Below are positions 23,843 to 36,779 of a stretch of 64,000 nucleotides of DNA, in pieces. The stretch spans positions 6,450,001 through 6,514,000 of the forward strand of contig NC_045698.1 in NCBI RefSeq assembly GCF_009834535.1. Reading direction: 5' to 3'. Below the pieces are notes generated by a model. The model ran no database searches. It was not told the origin of the DNA and was given only the letters and a program-made list of their open reading frames with translations. Each line of letters opens with the position of its first letter. Position 1 is the first letter of the stretch. The DNA comes from Camelus ferus (taxonomy: Eukaryota). The position numbers were made by a program, and so were the translations under genes.

Positions 23843-24515
23843 GAGTGGCAGACTGTGCTCCACAGATGGCCCCGCAGGGTCTCCCTCCACAGGCCCTTCT
23901 GTCACGTGACCTGCAGATCCCCGTCCAGAACTGGAGTCCAGTTCTCCACAACTCGGAATCCCTACAGCCTGTGACTGCTTTGACCAACGGAATAGGACAG
24001 AAGTGATCCTGTCCTTGCTAGTTCCCTGCTCAGCCTTAACTGGCCTGGGGGCCCACTTCTTGCCTCCTGGAGCCAGATGCCCTGTCAGAAGTAGGGCTGT
24101 CCTGAGCGCAGTGGGCGGGGCCGTGGGGAATGAAATGACAAGGCGGTAGATGAAGAAGTGGGGGGGGGGCAAGAGAGGGAGGGAGAGACAAGAAGAGGGA
24201 GAAGAAAAAGAAGGAGGAGAAGAAGAAAGGGGGAAAGGGGAGGAGGGAGAAGGAAAAGAAAGGAGGAGGGGGAGGAGGAGGGAGAGGAGAGAGAGAACCC
24301 AAGGAGCAATGACGTGCAGACAAGCGACACACTGAGGCACCAGCCTGAGTAAGGAACTTCCAGCCCCAGCTGCCTCCGTCTGATGCCATGACAATCAGAC
24401 ATTCCAACCAAGGTTTCTGGATCCTGATTCACAAAGTTGTAAGCAACATAAAACAGTCGTTTTAAACCACTACGTTTTTCAGTAGTTTTAGGCAGCAATC
24501 AATAGCCAATTGAAG
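23843..24515 (+). mobile_element. MLT1 LTR interrupted by a homopurine expansion
   Basis: 'gcctgtgactgctttgaccaacggaat..cagaagtga', 'cagccccagctg' and 3' end 'tttaaaccactacgttt..gcagcaat..aatagccaattgaa'. Confidence 0.75.
24150..24297. repeat. Purine-rich low-complexity tract with a G10 run
   Basis: About 140 nt composed almost entirely of G and A. Confidence 0.95.
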
Positions 24516-24924
24516 CAAGGAATAATTATTCTGCCACCACTCCGGGTGTCCAGTAGGGACCCCCGCCCTCCTAGTCCCAGGTGCACAGGCCAAGCTCACC
24601 CTCCCATGGGGTCGGCGCTCAGCCCGCAGCACTGGAGACAGGCTGTGTTTCACCAGCCCGCCCAGGCTGGGCAGAACCACACCTGGAGCGGGGACAGTAG
24701 TGACTCTCAGAAGACGCCAAACATGAAAATAACGTTTTTAAATGGATGCAGCGTTTAAGCCCCCTTCTCCCTTAGCAAATGCCTTTTGCTTCAAATTTAC
24801 AAACATATTCTGTGAGTCTCCCAATCCATTTATGGTCTTGATCTTAAAATATAGCAGTTAATAGTACAGCCTTGATTCGCAAAGTTCACAATTACAACCA
24901 TAAAACGAAAGTGACACCAATGTC

Positions 24925-25070
24925 AGTGTTAATGACACGCCAGGCTGCTTGCACTGAGTATGATCTGCATTAACTCATCGAAAAAGACCTGAGGAAGGCA
25001 TTAGGATTATTCCAAAGAGGAAACTGAGACACGGTGAGTTTCAGTAACTTGCCCAAGGGCACACACCTCG
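24925..25070 (-). mobile_element. MIR fragment
   Basis: 'gaggaaactgagacac..agtaacttgcccaagggcacaca'. Confidence 0.75.
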
Positions 25071-25338
25071 GAGAATCTTTTCCAAAACTCTCTTTACATT
25101 GCCGCGAGGCACTAACACAGTTGTAGATGAAATGCCAGATAACTTAACTTTGCTGAATTTATAGGAAGATTAACTACTCTAGAATTACTTGTAAGTTTAA
25201 ACAGTTTTCATGGTACTTTATTAAACAAAAACTAGCATGGAAAAATATTATTTGAATTTCCTGGGTAATATAATGAGTCTTCAACTGCCTGTATCGTGTG
25301 AGCAATTCCAAATGCTAAGCAATCACTGTTAGTGTCTA

Positions 25339-25523
25339 CCAGTGGCTCTCAACTGGGGGCAAGTGTTGTCCCCCTCCCGCTCCAGGGAACATATGGAAAT
25401 GTCTGGGGATGTTTTGGTTGTCATAACTTGGGGGGGGGAGGACGAGGCATGTACAGACAGCCCCTCCACCCCATCACAAGAAAGCATCCTCTGGCCCAAA
25501 ATATCAACAGTGCAGGAAACCTT
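25339..25523 (+). mobile_element. MER20
   Basis: 'cagtggctctcaactggggg..aatgtctggggatgttttggttgtcataact..ctggcccaaaatatcaacagtgc'. Confidence 0.8.
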
Positions 25524-26608
25524 GGTGTGGAAGGAGACAGAGCTGTGCTTGTTGGCTCTGACCATCTCTGGCCAGGATCAATGACCCTGTGGACCTGCCC
25601 TGAGTTCCTCTGGCCTGTCTGATGTCACAAACTGGCACTGAATCACAGAGAGCCCGGGATGACACTACCACTATCACTATTAATTTTTCAGGGGCATAAA
25701 TGCTATCTTGTCAACCAGAACATAAGCTTCTACTGAGTTCTCATGTCCCTTTCTTTCCTGCCAAAAGGCAGGGCACATAGTCAGCACCTGACACCTACCT
25801 GTCAATATGATTTTACTTCAGAATTTCTATTTCTTGAAAGCTTGAAATGAGAGCCTCAAAGCCATCCAGGTAATTGCTTCCTTCCAAGAAAATGTCTTCA
25901 TTAAATGTCTTTGACTTCTTAAGGGTTTATGAAGCCATTCTTTCCATCTCCCTTCCAGAGGCATAGGAAAAACAAACTTTCTCTAATTTTAAATTGCAAG
26001 AGAAACTTATCGTGGAAGAAACACAAACTTGTATTTTTAAACCCACAGTTGCCAACATCCAGCCGTTTTATACTCATGGTATGGACAGTTGGTTAATTGC
26101 TGGGGTTTTTTTTTTTTTTTTTTGCAAGAATAATAATAATAAATCTAATGACTCTCATTAAATTTAGCACCATGCTTGACCTCAGTTGGTCACATCTATA
26201 GCATTTTTCTTCCATGTCTGCTTCTCCTGTACCATTTGTTCATCTAACTTCTTTTTCCACTTTTCTCTCCTCCTCCAAATTTAGATTTATTTAGATCAAT
26301 TATTGATCTGCCTTATGCCTAGTTCAGCCATGCTACACCCAGCAGTCAGAATTAAGTAACTGTTAACCCAAACCAGTCATTGATATTCAGGTGGAGAAGG
26401 AGGGGATGCTGGTATATTTTGCAAAAATCAATCGAACAATAAAATGATGAATGCTGTTGTGTCTATGTTAGCTCTACATTAACCAACTGTGTTAGCTCTA
26501 CACTTCTCTCTAAAGAGAAAAGAAATGAAGAACAAGTGGTTCCTTGATTCACAAACCACAATTACAGTCTGTATATTCCACCCTCTCTGACATCACCTGG
26601 TAGTACCT

Positions 26609-26652
26609 GTGCCAACAGAGGTATAAGTGGTGCCAACAGAGGTATAAGTGGT
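26609..26652. repeat. Perfect 21-bp tandem duplication
   Basis: gtgccaacagaggtataagtg occurs twice (26609-26629 and 26630-26650). Confidence 0.95.
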
Positions 26653-27759
26653 TTGGGAAAATGTGGACATTTAATTAATCATATATCATATATCACATTT
26701 TATATATTGAGAGACAAGAAAATAAAATGGGGAACAGAAGCTCAGATCACCCACAGCAGTGCCTAATCATCAAATCTTGTCTATCTGTCTCTGAAATGCG
26801 GCCAGACGGCACGTGGGCTTGCCGCTCTACATCTGTGACATGGGGTCCCCTCTGATCACCACCCAGCTCAGCTCCACTGTAGCTGCTCAGCATTTAAGGC
26901 TGGAAGTGGCGTGACTCTTTGGGGTCATGGAAGGAATAACCAATGAAAAAGCCTCAGCACGTGCTACCGGCATCACTTTGGGGAATCACACACGCGCATG
27001 AGATATTCTCCAACAACATCAGCAAAACTGCCCCAAAGCAGGGCAGCAGACTCTTGGGCTGGGCCAGACACCGTGAGATGGACACTGAAACCCCTCCTTC
27101 TGTTCTCTCCTGAATTATTCCTGCTGTTCCTCATACAAGAATTGACATTATGCCTCCTTCATGTCATTACCTATTGGTGCCAAACTCCCCACTTGGCATA
27201 TCCAAATACTCAGTGCTGTCCAGGTACCTTGGCAATAAGCTCTTCATAGATCCACAGACCAGCTGACCAGCTTAACCTCTCAGAACTGCAAACCCCACAC
27301 CTGTCATCTACTTTGTCCAAGGACCCTGGACTCCTAACACTTCCCCGACAGAGCAGACCAGGTCGCTGGCTCTTCTTTCACATGGAGAACTCAGGGTGGA
27401 ACTGGCTTCCTAATGAGCTGACAGTCTAGCCTCACTCCCAGACCTACACGGTCCACATTTCAGTCATTCATTCATCCACTCATTCATTCATTTTCTCTCT
27501 CACTCCTTCACTTGCTCTGTTTTCCTCCTTCTTTCTTTTCTCTTCTAGCCCCACTAAGATTTTAAACCATCTCTCAAGTCTCACCATCTCTCACCATCAC
27601 TCAAAGCCAATAAAGCCAGAGCAGAATTTCCTGCTTTCCATCCCCTCAACGCCCTCAAACACCCAGCTCCTCACACTCGTCTCCCTGCTGCTTTCTAGCA
27701 CTTCTGTGCTTAGATCCCTGTTCTCACAGCCTGTGCTTAGATCCATTCCCATACTCTTG

Positions 27760-27882
27760 TGAAGCAGGAAACTTGATGACCCTAAATCCTTATTCAGTAG
27801 GCATGGAAGGGATTTGGGGATTTCCACCTTTAAAAGTCTATTCAAGTGAATCTGATGATCTAACAGGTTCGAGAACCACTCA
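27760..27882 (+). mobile_element. MER5-family fragment
   Basis: 'ttattcagtagg..aagtgaatctgatg..ggttcgagaaccact' is a MER5 3' end. Confidence 0.6.
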
Positions 27883-28247
27883 AATAATGGGTTTAAAAAA
27901 TCAGTGAGCCTCTTGTTCCTAGCTTGCATTTGTAATACTCATTCTACTGGAAAAGGCAGTCCATGGAGATGAACTAACTTTTGTGGGTTAGAATTAAGTG
28001 AACAAAGAGAGAGATGAGAGCCCAAATAATCCACAGAGCGTGTTTGGATCACGGGCTTGGTAGAATTTTTACAGTGGTTCGGGTTGTATGTGGAAGTAAA
28101 AAGGGAAAGGGATGGGCAGTGAGGAAGCAGGGGAGTCGCGGTTCCCCTTATCCTGCTCGTCAGTATTTATGTTAGAAGGCTGCAGCCAGGAGGTCTGACA
28201 TCTAATCTGGAGTCCACCAAGGTTAGAGATGTGCGATACTAATAAGT

Positions 28248-28270
28248 TTCAAGTTCAAGTTCAAGTTCAA
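28248..28270. repeat. (TTCAAG)n microsatellite, about 4 units
   Basis: ttcaagttcaagttcaagttcaa. Confidence 0.9.
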
Positions 28271-30504
28271 ATGCAAAGTCCAGATAAAGACGGTGCCTAT
28301 CAAACAGAAGCCCTGATAAGATTCAATGCATGCTGGGCTCTTAGCACTGACGGATGTATGTTTAATGATATCTCAGTGGTGGCTGAGATCACCATTATAC
28401 CAGCAAGAATCAGGAAAATTTAATCTCTTTATATTGTTAAATATCTTCAAAGAATTACTTTGCTCATATCTGGAAGATCTAACTGGAAATCACTGTACTC
28501 ATCCAAAAAGCACTCAATGATCCTAGTCTACATAGAAGGAGCAGAAAATATAGTTTCTATTCACCAAATAACAACTCTGATCAACCAGTGGAGCAAACAG
28601 ATGATTACTTATCATCTAAAGGGTATTTTAATGTAATGAATAATAATTAAGCCTTAAAACTTCAAATGCTACTGTGTTAATTTAAGGGTATGTAATTAGG
28701 GCAGGGAAATATAGAGCTGAATCCCACATGAGGAAGGAAGAAGGTCTAAAGAACATCAGTTATTTTAGAAGGTCAGGAAAAAGGTCATTAGTGTATGAAA
28801 CGTGTAATTAATGTACTATCTATACCTCCATTTATGGACTTGCCATGTTTTGGAGGTTGACCTATGAATCTATATTTAAACTGCTGGGACAAACTGAAAT
28901 TTGTCAAAAACTGGTAAAACAGTTTTCTTTTTTAAAAAAGCTAGTGATATATGAATACAGAGCTCTCCAAGCAAAAGGCTGCTATGTATGTGATGTAACT
29001 ATGCTATAACTGTGAAATATACATTTTCCATGAAAATAGAAAAGTCTTTGTGCTCTATTTGAAAAATAGTACTTTCCACAAATGTATTTATTAGAAAATA
29101 ATGTGCCCCTTTTTTTTTTTTTGGTAGAGTTCACTCCCACTTTGAATGCTATGGGAAAAAAAACTAATATTTTGGGGCTTGAAAATTAACTTAAGACCTA
29201 ATAAAAGAGTAAAAAATAATATTTACATTTATAGGAAGATAACAATGCTACAATAAGGCATTAAATAATTTCACCAGCAATTTACTTATGACATACATGC
29301 CATGTACCAAAGGGTTTTGTTCATGGTGAATCACCTTTTTCCCTCTTTTCCAATTTATTTCAAGCATAAACTATCTTCCCAAGTTTACTGTTTCTGATCA
29401 TGAATCTTCTTTCCTCTAAAAACTCTTCCTCTCTTCCTGTGTCCCTGACAGTGATCAATGAGTTCAAGATCATATATATTTGCTTCCATCATGCTTCACA
29501 ATGACAAGGGCCATTTTAATTATGCTTTTCTTGGAGAAAAAAAATCACCTTTTATTAGAGCAACACTTTGACTCACACATGCAAAGCTAATTTAAAAAAA
29601 AGCCATCAATGTAAAATCTCTACTTACCAGGGTAAATAAATCACAAATTATTTTTTGACTCAGGGAACACATTTACATTTATGGTTATGTGTAATTCCAT
29701 TTTATACTCAGTCGCCAAAAGGCATCACATAATATTATGTGCTTGGCCAGATCTTTATAATGCCTAATTTTTTTTATGTTTACATTTGATAACTTTTATG
29801 CTCAAGGTTAATTTGCTTGTTTTTTTTTTCTAATTGCAAAGGGAAATCTGCATTTTAGAAAGTCTCTGATCAAATATAAATGTAAAACATTGTACAGAAA
29901 GTAACCTGCTCTAGATGTAACACCTTAGGAGCTTTAAATTTCAGGATTAATTTGTGAAATAATGCCTCCAAAATATGTTATAATTTTTACATTTCAGGAT
30001 TACTACGGACAGCAACTGTATTGGGCAGGAAAGGGAGAGAAGGGGCAGGGAAAACAGAGTCAGACATCATGCTCCCAACAGCGTGGGCTCAAAAAACACG
30101 TGAAAGCACCCTCCTCTCCTCAAGGAGCTTTAACTGAGTTATGGCACAAGCTTCAGGATCTCCCTCTGGGAGACAACGCAATGGAAGCCATATGTGATGG
30201 GCAAAGAACGGCAGTGAAATGTCACAGACAACAACCAGCGACCACTGGATGCTCCACTATAAAGAAACGAAGGGGTTGTGGGAAAGAGACAAAAAACGAG
30301 GTGGCATGGTGGTTACTAAAAATATCTAATAACAGCCAAATGTTCTAAAGTGACTAATTCAAACTTAAAAAATACTTCTTTTCTAAATTCCGTACCATCA
30401 ACTAAACTATTCCACTGGAGGGGGTTATCTATTTACTTGTGTGTGCACATATACACACATGCACACGTGTGTGCACACACACACGCGGGATTAAAGAATA
30501 TATA

Positions 30505-30680
30505 TACACCTCTTGGGAAGTAAAGGAAATGCTGGCTATCTTGACTGGTGGTGCTGTCCTGGGCGTATACGTCTATAAAAATTCATCAAATTGTACATCT
30601 GAAATATGTGTAGTTTGTAGGAACCACACCACAATAAAGGTATTAAAAATAAATAAAAATTTAAAGAAAATAAATAATAT
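30505..30680 (+). mobile_element. Old L1M 3' end
   Basis: 'tatcttgactggtggtg..aaaattcatcaaattgtaca..caataaag' plus an A-rich tail. Confidence 0.65.
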
Positions 30681-30737
30681 ATAGATATAAATTTGGGTGA
30701 CCAAAATGTCATCTTTCATTAAAAATGATACTGATAT

Positions 30738-31215
30738 TGCTAAAGGTTGAATGGTGTCCCCCTCCCCCTGCAAAAAAGATATGTTGAAATCCTAACCCCC
30801 AGTACCTCAGAATGTGATCTGACTTGGAAGTGAGGTTTTTATAGAAGTGATCAAGTTCTGATGAGGTCACTAGGGTGGTCCCTAATCCAGTATTACTGGT
30901 GTCCTATGAAAAGGGGACATTTGGACACTGAGATGGATAAGCCCAGAGGGAAGCTGACGTGAAGTCACACAGGGAGAAGGTGGCCACGTGGCTGGGGTGA
31001 CAGCTCCAAGCCAGGGAAGGCCAAGGACTGGTGCAAACACCAGAGGCTGGAAGAAGCAAAGAAGGACCTCCCCCGGTGCCTGCAGGAGAGCACGGCCCTG
31101 CTGACACCTTGATTTCGGATTTCTGGGCTCCAGACCCATGAGGTAATGTATTCCTGTTGTTTAAAACACTCGGTTTGTGTTCGTCTGTTTCGGCAGCCTT
31201 AGTAAAGTGACACGA
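30738..31215 (+). mobile_element. MLT1B/C LTR
   Basis: 'atatgttgaaatcctaacccccagtacctcagaatgtga', 'ccctaatccagtattactggtgtcct' and 'ggccctgctgacaccttgatttcgga'. Confidence 0.9.
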
Positions 31216-33115
31216 TGCTTAGAATCAAAGCATCACAATACAGTCTATTTTTGGAAAGGCTTTTGAAAAGTTCTTTCAAATAAGTAAAAGTATATAAATA
31301 ATAAAAAATATTTACATAGTTTAATTTTTTACTGCTGTGCTGATTCCATTTTTAAAAGACTATTAACTAAGAATTCTGTTCTCTGGCACAGAATTTTGAG
31401 CAAGGCTTTTAAAGGAAAGTCTCTCTGATTCAGTTTCTTTTTCAAGACTGTGATAGTAGCTAACTGTTTTGCCGCTTTACATATGCAAAGTGACATCTTT
31501 AGTTTAAAAAAAAAAAGGAGAGTCATATTCAAACACTTTGAAATGGCCCCATTGTTGGATGGTTTTCAAACCACTACCATAATATTTTAGTAATGAGCTC
31601 TCACAGTCTTTGCTCTGCCCACTGTTGAGTGGTAGCCATTAGCCTAAGTAAATAACCTGCCTTATGGAGCTGTTAGGAGCACGGGATCTCTTCAGTTAGC
31701 CATTTGGACAGGCTTGATAAACCAAGCCCACCATCAACTGGCCATTAAAGGCACAGAGTGAGCTAGATTTGCTGCATCCTTAATATTAATTAAACACTGG
31801 TGGTGAGCTTAACTGTTCAGAAGAAGGGGACACCCACAGCAAACGAACGTGCAAATCTCAGAATCTGAGAGCTGAATGGGCCTTTGGAGATCACCAGTCC
31901 ATCCAGTCTCATCCTGCTGGAACGGAGGACGGCAAGTTAGAGCAGGGACAGGAGAGTCGTCCTGGCATGAAGAAACAGCCTGGCATGGACCGGGACAGTT
32001 AAAAGAATACATGTCAGGAGCCGATGTGAAGGGGGGTATAGACAAAGGCATTGGGTCTGAGCAGGGGAAACAGCAAGGGGAGACACAGACAGGAGGTCTG
32101 AATTCAGCTGGAGACGAGGCAGGAAAGTTGGGAATGGTTAATTAATGTCCATCTTGCCCTGGGGACTTTCTCCAAGCGGACCTTGCTTGAGCATCAGGTC
32201 TGTCTCAGGCTGGGAGCTGGCTGACTGGAATGGGGAGGGAAAGGCAGTGAGGGGGAGAAATGGGCAGAAGAGTGTCATCGGCAACGGCCCTAGTCGACCT
32301 TGGCAGGGCGGGGCTCAGGTGCCAACTTTAAGCTTCCCCTTAGGCATAGCCTTTCGCAGAATTTCATCATCTGTCAACGCCTGTCATTTAAACAGGTTTT
32401 GGGAAGAAGGCCATAACTTCGAAACACTTCGCTCTGCTCTCCTAACTCAAGCTATAAAAAGCCAAAGAATATTTACAAGGAAAACTTGGCAGGGATTATC
32501 ACGAATGGCAGAGAGAAGAGCAAGGCTTCACACTTCCTTTTTCCCTTGGGGGGCTGGACCGCGCATGCCCGAGTGCACCTGAAACGTAACAGGAGGGGGA
32601 GCTCCTGAAAGCAGCTGGGGTGAGGAGTCCAAGCCCCCAGGCTGTCACCCTGGCACACTGCTGCACTGGAACAACACCCAGAAAGTAAGCAGCACCACCC
32701 TCTCAATGCCTGCGGCTGTATCTGAAGGTGTTCCCAGGACGCTGCGCTCCCGCACCAGCCTCAGGGATTCGGGGACACCATACAGCACCTGCTGGTGCAA
32801 CAGGCCAAGCTGAGCTGTGATCATCCTCAACGAGTCCTCTTCCAGGGTATCGCTGAGATGGGCGTTAGGACAAATGAGCTCTCTGACGGCATCGACCCCT
32901 TGTACGTCAAAGGCACGTCCACCCCAGAAAACAGTCGGAAGGGCAGGTTTCCGTGGTCCATTTGTTTTGCCAGAGAAAATCCATTCCCTCCACTTCAGCT
33001 ACAGGAAAGGCAGGATTTCCACTGGTCTCTGTGCTCTCCGATTTCCTGTTCTCTGACCTCTTTGCCTTTCTGTCGGAAAACACTTATCATCACCATTGGG
33101 CGATGTGGGCATAGA

Positions 33116-33330
33116 GCCATGTTTCTCAAGTGGGGACGATTCTGCCCCCCAGGAGACACCTGGCAATGTCTGGGGACGGCATAACTGGGAGACGAGGTAG
33201 GGCTGGCATTTGGTGTACAGAGGTCAGGGCTGCTGCCCTATCCTACACCGTGCACTGCACAGGACAGCCCCCTCAAAACAAAGAATTTTCAGACCTAAAT
33301 GTGAATGATGCTGGGGTGAAGAAGCCCTGA
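33116..33330 (+). mobile_element. MER20
   Basis: 'tttctcaagtgggg..cccaggagacacctggcaatgtctgggga..tgcacaggacagcccc..gaagccctg'. Confidence 0.85.
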
Positions 33331-33482
33331 GAAAGAGGAAGCAGGAATAGTCATTTTTAAAAAAATCTTGCAGCCAGTAACACAAGGAGAAGCCTGAGAG
33401 CATGACAAATAGGTAAGGTCTCTTTGAAGCAAAGACGCATAAATTTGGAAAGATATCTTCTAAAGACTCCCTGAACTCTACC

Positions 33483-33920
33483 TGCACTGGTTGAGAGGTG
33501 GCCTCAAAAATGACATACCTACCCAGACCCTGTGAATGGGATCTTATTTGGAGAAAGGATCTTTGCAAACCCAATTACGTTAAGGACCTCGAGATGAGAT
33601 CATCCTAGATTATCAAATGGATCCTAAATCCAACGACAAGTGTCCTTCTAAGGGGAAGGTGAGGGAGATTTGAGACAATGACACAGAGAGGACCTTATGA
33701 AGAAGAGGGAGAGATTGGAGTGATGCACCAAAAAGCCAAGAACCTCCTCACGGGTCACCAGAAGCTGGAAGAGACAGGAAGGATGCTCCACCAAAGCCTG
33801 CGGAGGAAGTGTGTGGATTTCAGACTCTGGTCTCCACAACAGTGAGGGAACACATTTTTCTTGGTTTAAGCCACTAGATTTGCAGTACTTTGTTACAGCA
33901 GCCCTAGGAAATGAATACAC
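33483..33920 (+). mobile_element. MLT1C/D LTR
   Basis: 'atcttatttggagaaaggatctttgca', 'gagatgagatcatcctagatta' and 'tttgttacagcagccctaggaaatgaataca'. Confidence 0.9.
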
Positions 33921-34295
33921 CACCACAAGGACAGTATGTTCAGTCTTAACATTTATTCTCTCTTAACAAACAGAACTGCCCCGTTTAAATGTGACGTCCA
34001 AGTGGATTCTTTGAGATCTGTATTTATAAGCCAAGTGTGTTTCTCGTAGCTAAATGACTCCCTCAAACATGGTAATGTTTATTCTAAACAGAAGATCACA
34101 CTCGGTATACGCATCAGACCCAACGCTGCAAAGACCGCATATTTTCTCAAAGGGTGACAGATTTTAGGCAGCAGGTTCAGAAGCCTCAGTTGTCTCAAAG
34201 TAAGTGTACTCTGGCATTCTAATCTGTCCTGAGAAGTTTTGATATTAACAGCAGGCAGAAGTAAAATCATTTTAACCAAGCCCTTAGGACTTGTC

Positions 34296-34735
34296 TGTAT
34301 CACTGTGTCAGTGATAAAAACTCAACTCCAGCTAGTTTAAGCCAAAAGCAAAAGTTTTAAAATATTTTGTAAGCAGAAAGTACAATATGAGAAATCCAGA
34401 TGTAAGCACAGACAAGCCCAGGAATTCCAAATATACTGCAAGAATTCAACAGTGTTGATTCCTAGTTATGGCAGCCTCTGTTGGGCCTTATTCTTCAACA
34501 GACACCATATAGTGACAAAGTGGCTGCCAAGTAGCCCATGGTGACATCATCCTTCGAGCTTATGATACCAAAGGAGAGATTAGCCCTGTTTCTTTCAGGG
34601 CATATTTCAAGGTCCTTTAAGGCCACTAATTAGCTGTCCTTAGGTTGTTCACAGAACCCTGGACCAAAGAGAAGGGATGCTTTTATTTGGCTTCCTGGGT
34701 CACCAACCTGACTGCAAGATACAAGAAATAGAGGT
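34296..34735 (-). mobile_element. Older MLT1 (K/L/N-like) fragment
   Basis: 'aaaaactcaactccagctagtttaagccaaaa' and 'aaagtggctgcca' resemble the reverse of old MLT1. Diverged. Confidence 0.45.
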
Positions 34736-34738
34736 CAC

Positions 34739-35236
34739 GTGCATTACTTTCCTATGGCTGCTGTAATAAATTGCTATACATTTGGTGGCTTGAGTGAATA
34801 GAATTTTATTCTCTCAAGAGTTTTGGAGACCAGAAGTCAGAAATCAGCATCATTGGATCAAAATCAGTGTGTCAGCAGAGCCAGGCTCCCTCCAGAGGCT
34901 CCAGGAGAGAACTCTTCGTTTCCTCATCCAGTATATGGTGGCCACCACATGCCTTGGCTTGTGGTCGCATCACTCCAGTCTTCAGAGACAACTTCCTCAA
35001 GTCTCCCTCTGCTCCATCTTCACGGGAGTTCCTTCTCTGCATGTGTGTGTGTCAAACCCCCTCCGCCTCACTCTTTAAAGTGCTCTTATGAATGCATTTA
35101 AGGCTTGCCCGTACAATTCAGGATACCTCCCCATCTCAAGAGTCCTAACTTCACTACATTTTTTTGCCATAATAAGGTCACATTCACGGGTTCCAAAGAT
35201 TCGGCATCTTCTGAGGGGCTGTTTTTCAACCCACCG
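34739..35236 (-). mobile_element. MLT1C/D LTR
   Basis: 'ttcctatggctgctgtaataaattgc', 'gagaccagaagtcagaaatca', 'ccccatctcaaga' and 'aaggtcacattcacgggttcc'. Confidence 0.85.
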
Positions 35237-35404
35237 CATCATGTCACTGGCAATACTGCCACAATCACAGAGAGTGAGGTTCTGGTAATCACAGAAGAAA
35301 AATAAACAAGCAAGGCAAGTGACAGGTGCCCCTGAAAGGCGAAAACATGGGCTCTTTCAGTTAACCCCACTGTTGCTGACTCTCTAGGTACCAGGAAGTC
35401 ATTA

Positions 35405-35620
35405 GAGTGGACCCTTGAAAGACGGGCTTTGAGGCACCGACCCTCACACAGTCAAAAATCCTCAAATAGCCTCACAGTCAACTCCCTGTATCCACGGTTC
35501 TGTATTCTCAGATTCAAACAACCACTGACCATGCAGTATTGCAGGACGTGTTTATTGAAAAAAAAATCCACACCTGGTGAACGTGCACATTTCAAACCCA
35601 TGTTGTCCAAGGGTCAACTG
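35405..35620 (+). mobile_element. MER8/MER2-like Tigger (TcMar) non-autonomous element
   Basis: Terminal inverted repeats gagtggacccttgaaa / tgtccaagggtcaactg, preceded by TA. Confidence 0.8.
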
Positions 35621-36779
35621 CGTGTATTTGAACAGCCACATAAGCCAGGTGGACTCTCATACCTGCTTTACCTTTACGGGGGACTAAGAAACAGATAGTG
35701 GTGCAGATACCATTTAATTTCATTCTCATTTTCATGTCCTGTTCTGGGCTGTTTCATGTTCATTCTGGGCTGTTCCTCAGAGCAGATTCGCAATGATCAT
35801 AAAAGCACGATCCCAGATCCCAGGTCTCCAAGCTGCCATGACATTAACGTCAACCACATCTAGACAAAGCCGAAGCTTTAGAACTGCGACAGAGCCAGCT
35901 GCTGTGCAGTTTAGAGACCTGAAGCTCACATGCTAGCACAGCAGGGAACCATGCTGATGGTGGAAAAGAAGATAAGGAATGTTCTTTCAGCATTTTCTCT
36001 CTGACTCTTACTAGGCTCAGGCTGAGAGGGACAGGAAGGGACCCCTCTAGAAACTCTAATGATAATATGGCAAGAAGTTTTGAAATCAGGTTGTAAAATG
36101 TTGCCTATTTTCTTTTCTATCATGACTCTATTTAAATTCATTAGCCTTTGAAGTTACTAAAAATAATACATATATGGCAGTCAATTTGGAAAATTATAGT
36201 AAAGTATAAAAAGGTGAATGAGAGATGAGCACCAGTTAATTTACTTATTTCAGATACTAAATATAACTTAAATATAAAAATGAAAAGAACTTGAAAATCA
36301 AATCGAAGGAATACCTGAATTTCATATTTCTTCACCATACATGTAGACTCCTAAAACATTATTAAAAGGTACCATTAAATTAAAAAAAAAAAGTTTTAAA
36401 CATGTAGAGGCTGAGGTCATTAAGGTAGTTTTTTTAATCACATGTTTCTTTATACAACATGTTTATGTTTCCAATTGGTAAAAGTCGGATCGGCTATTTA
36501 AGAAGACTCAAAATAAACGAATAAAAACCAATTCTTGATAATTACAAAGTTTAAGAAATCCTGTATAAAATATTTTGAAATGGAGTCAATTTTAAAAATC
36601 TTAAGCTTGCTTTTATCCTGATTCCCAAAGAAATAGAGAAGTCAGAAGATGAGCATTTATCAAGAAAAATATTCCATTTATAAAAGACAAAGCAGTTGTT
36701 GGGGAAATTTTCAATTATTGAAAATGGATTGTGTCCCAAACTACAATAAATCCTAAGAAATTATACACAAATAAAGACT

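Noticed and set aside
23786..24498. Longest ORF (202 aa) and overlapping Pro/Ser/Leu- or Glu/Arg/Gly-rich ORFs
   Set aside because: They are produced by the stop-free homopurine tract inside an MLT1 LTR.
29962..30348. 128-aa + ORF preceded by an acceptor-like tttcag
   Set aside because: Weak donor and unrecognised peptide; 'cctcaaggagctt' suggests an antisense L2 relic.
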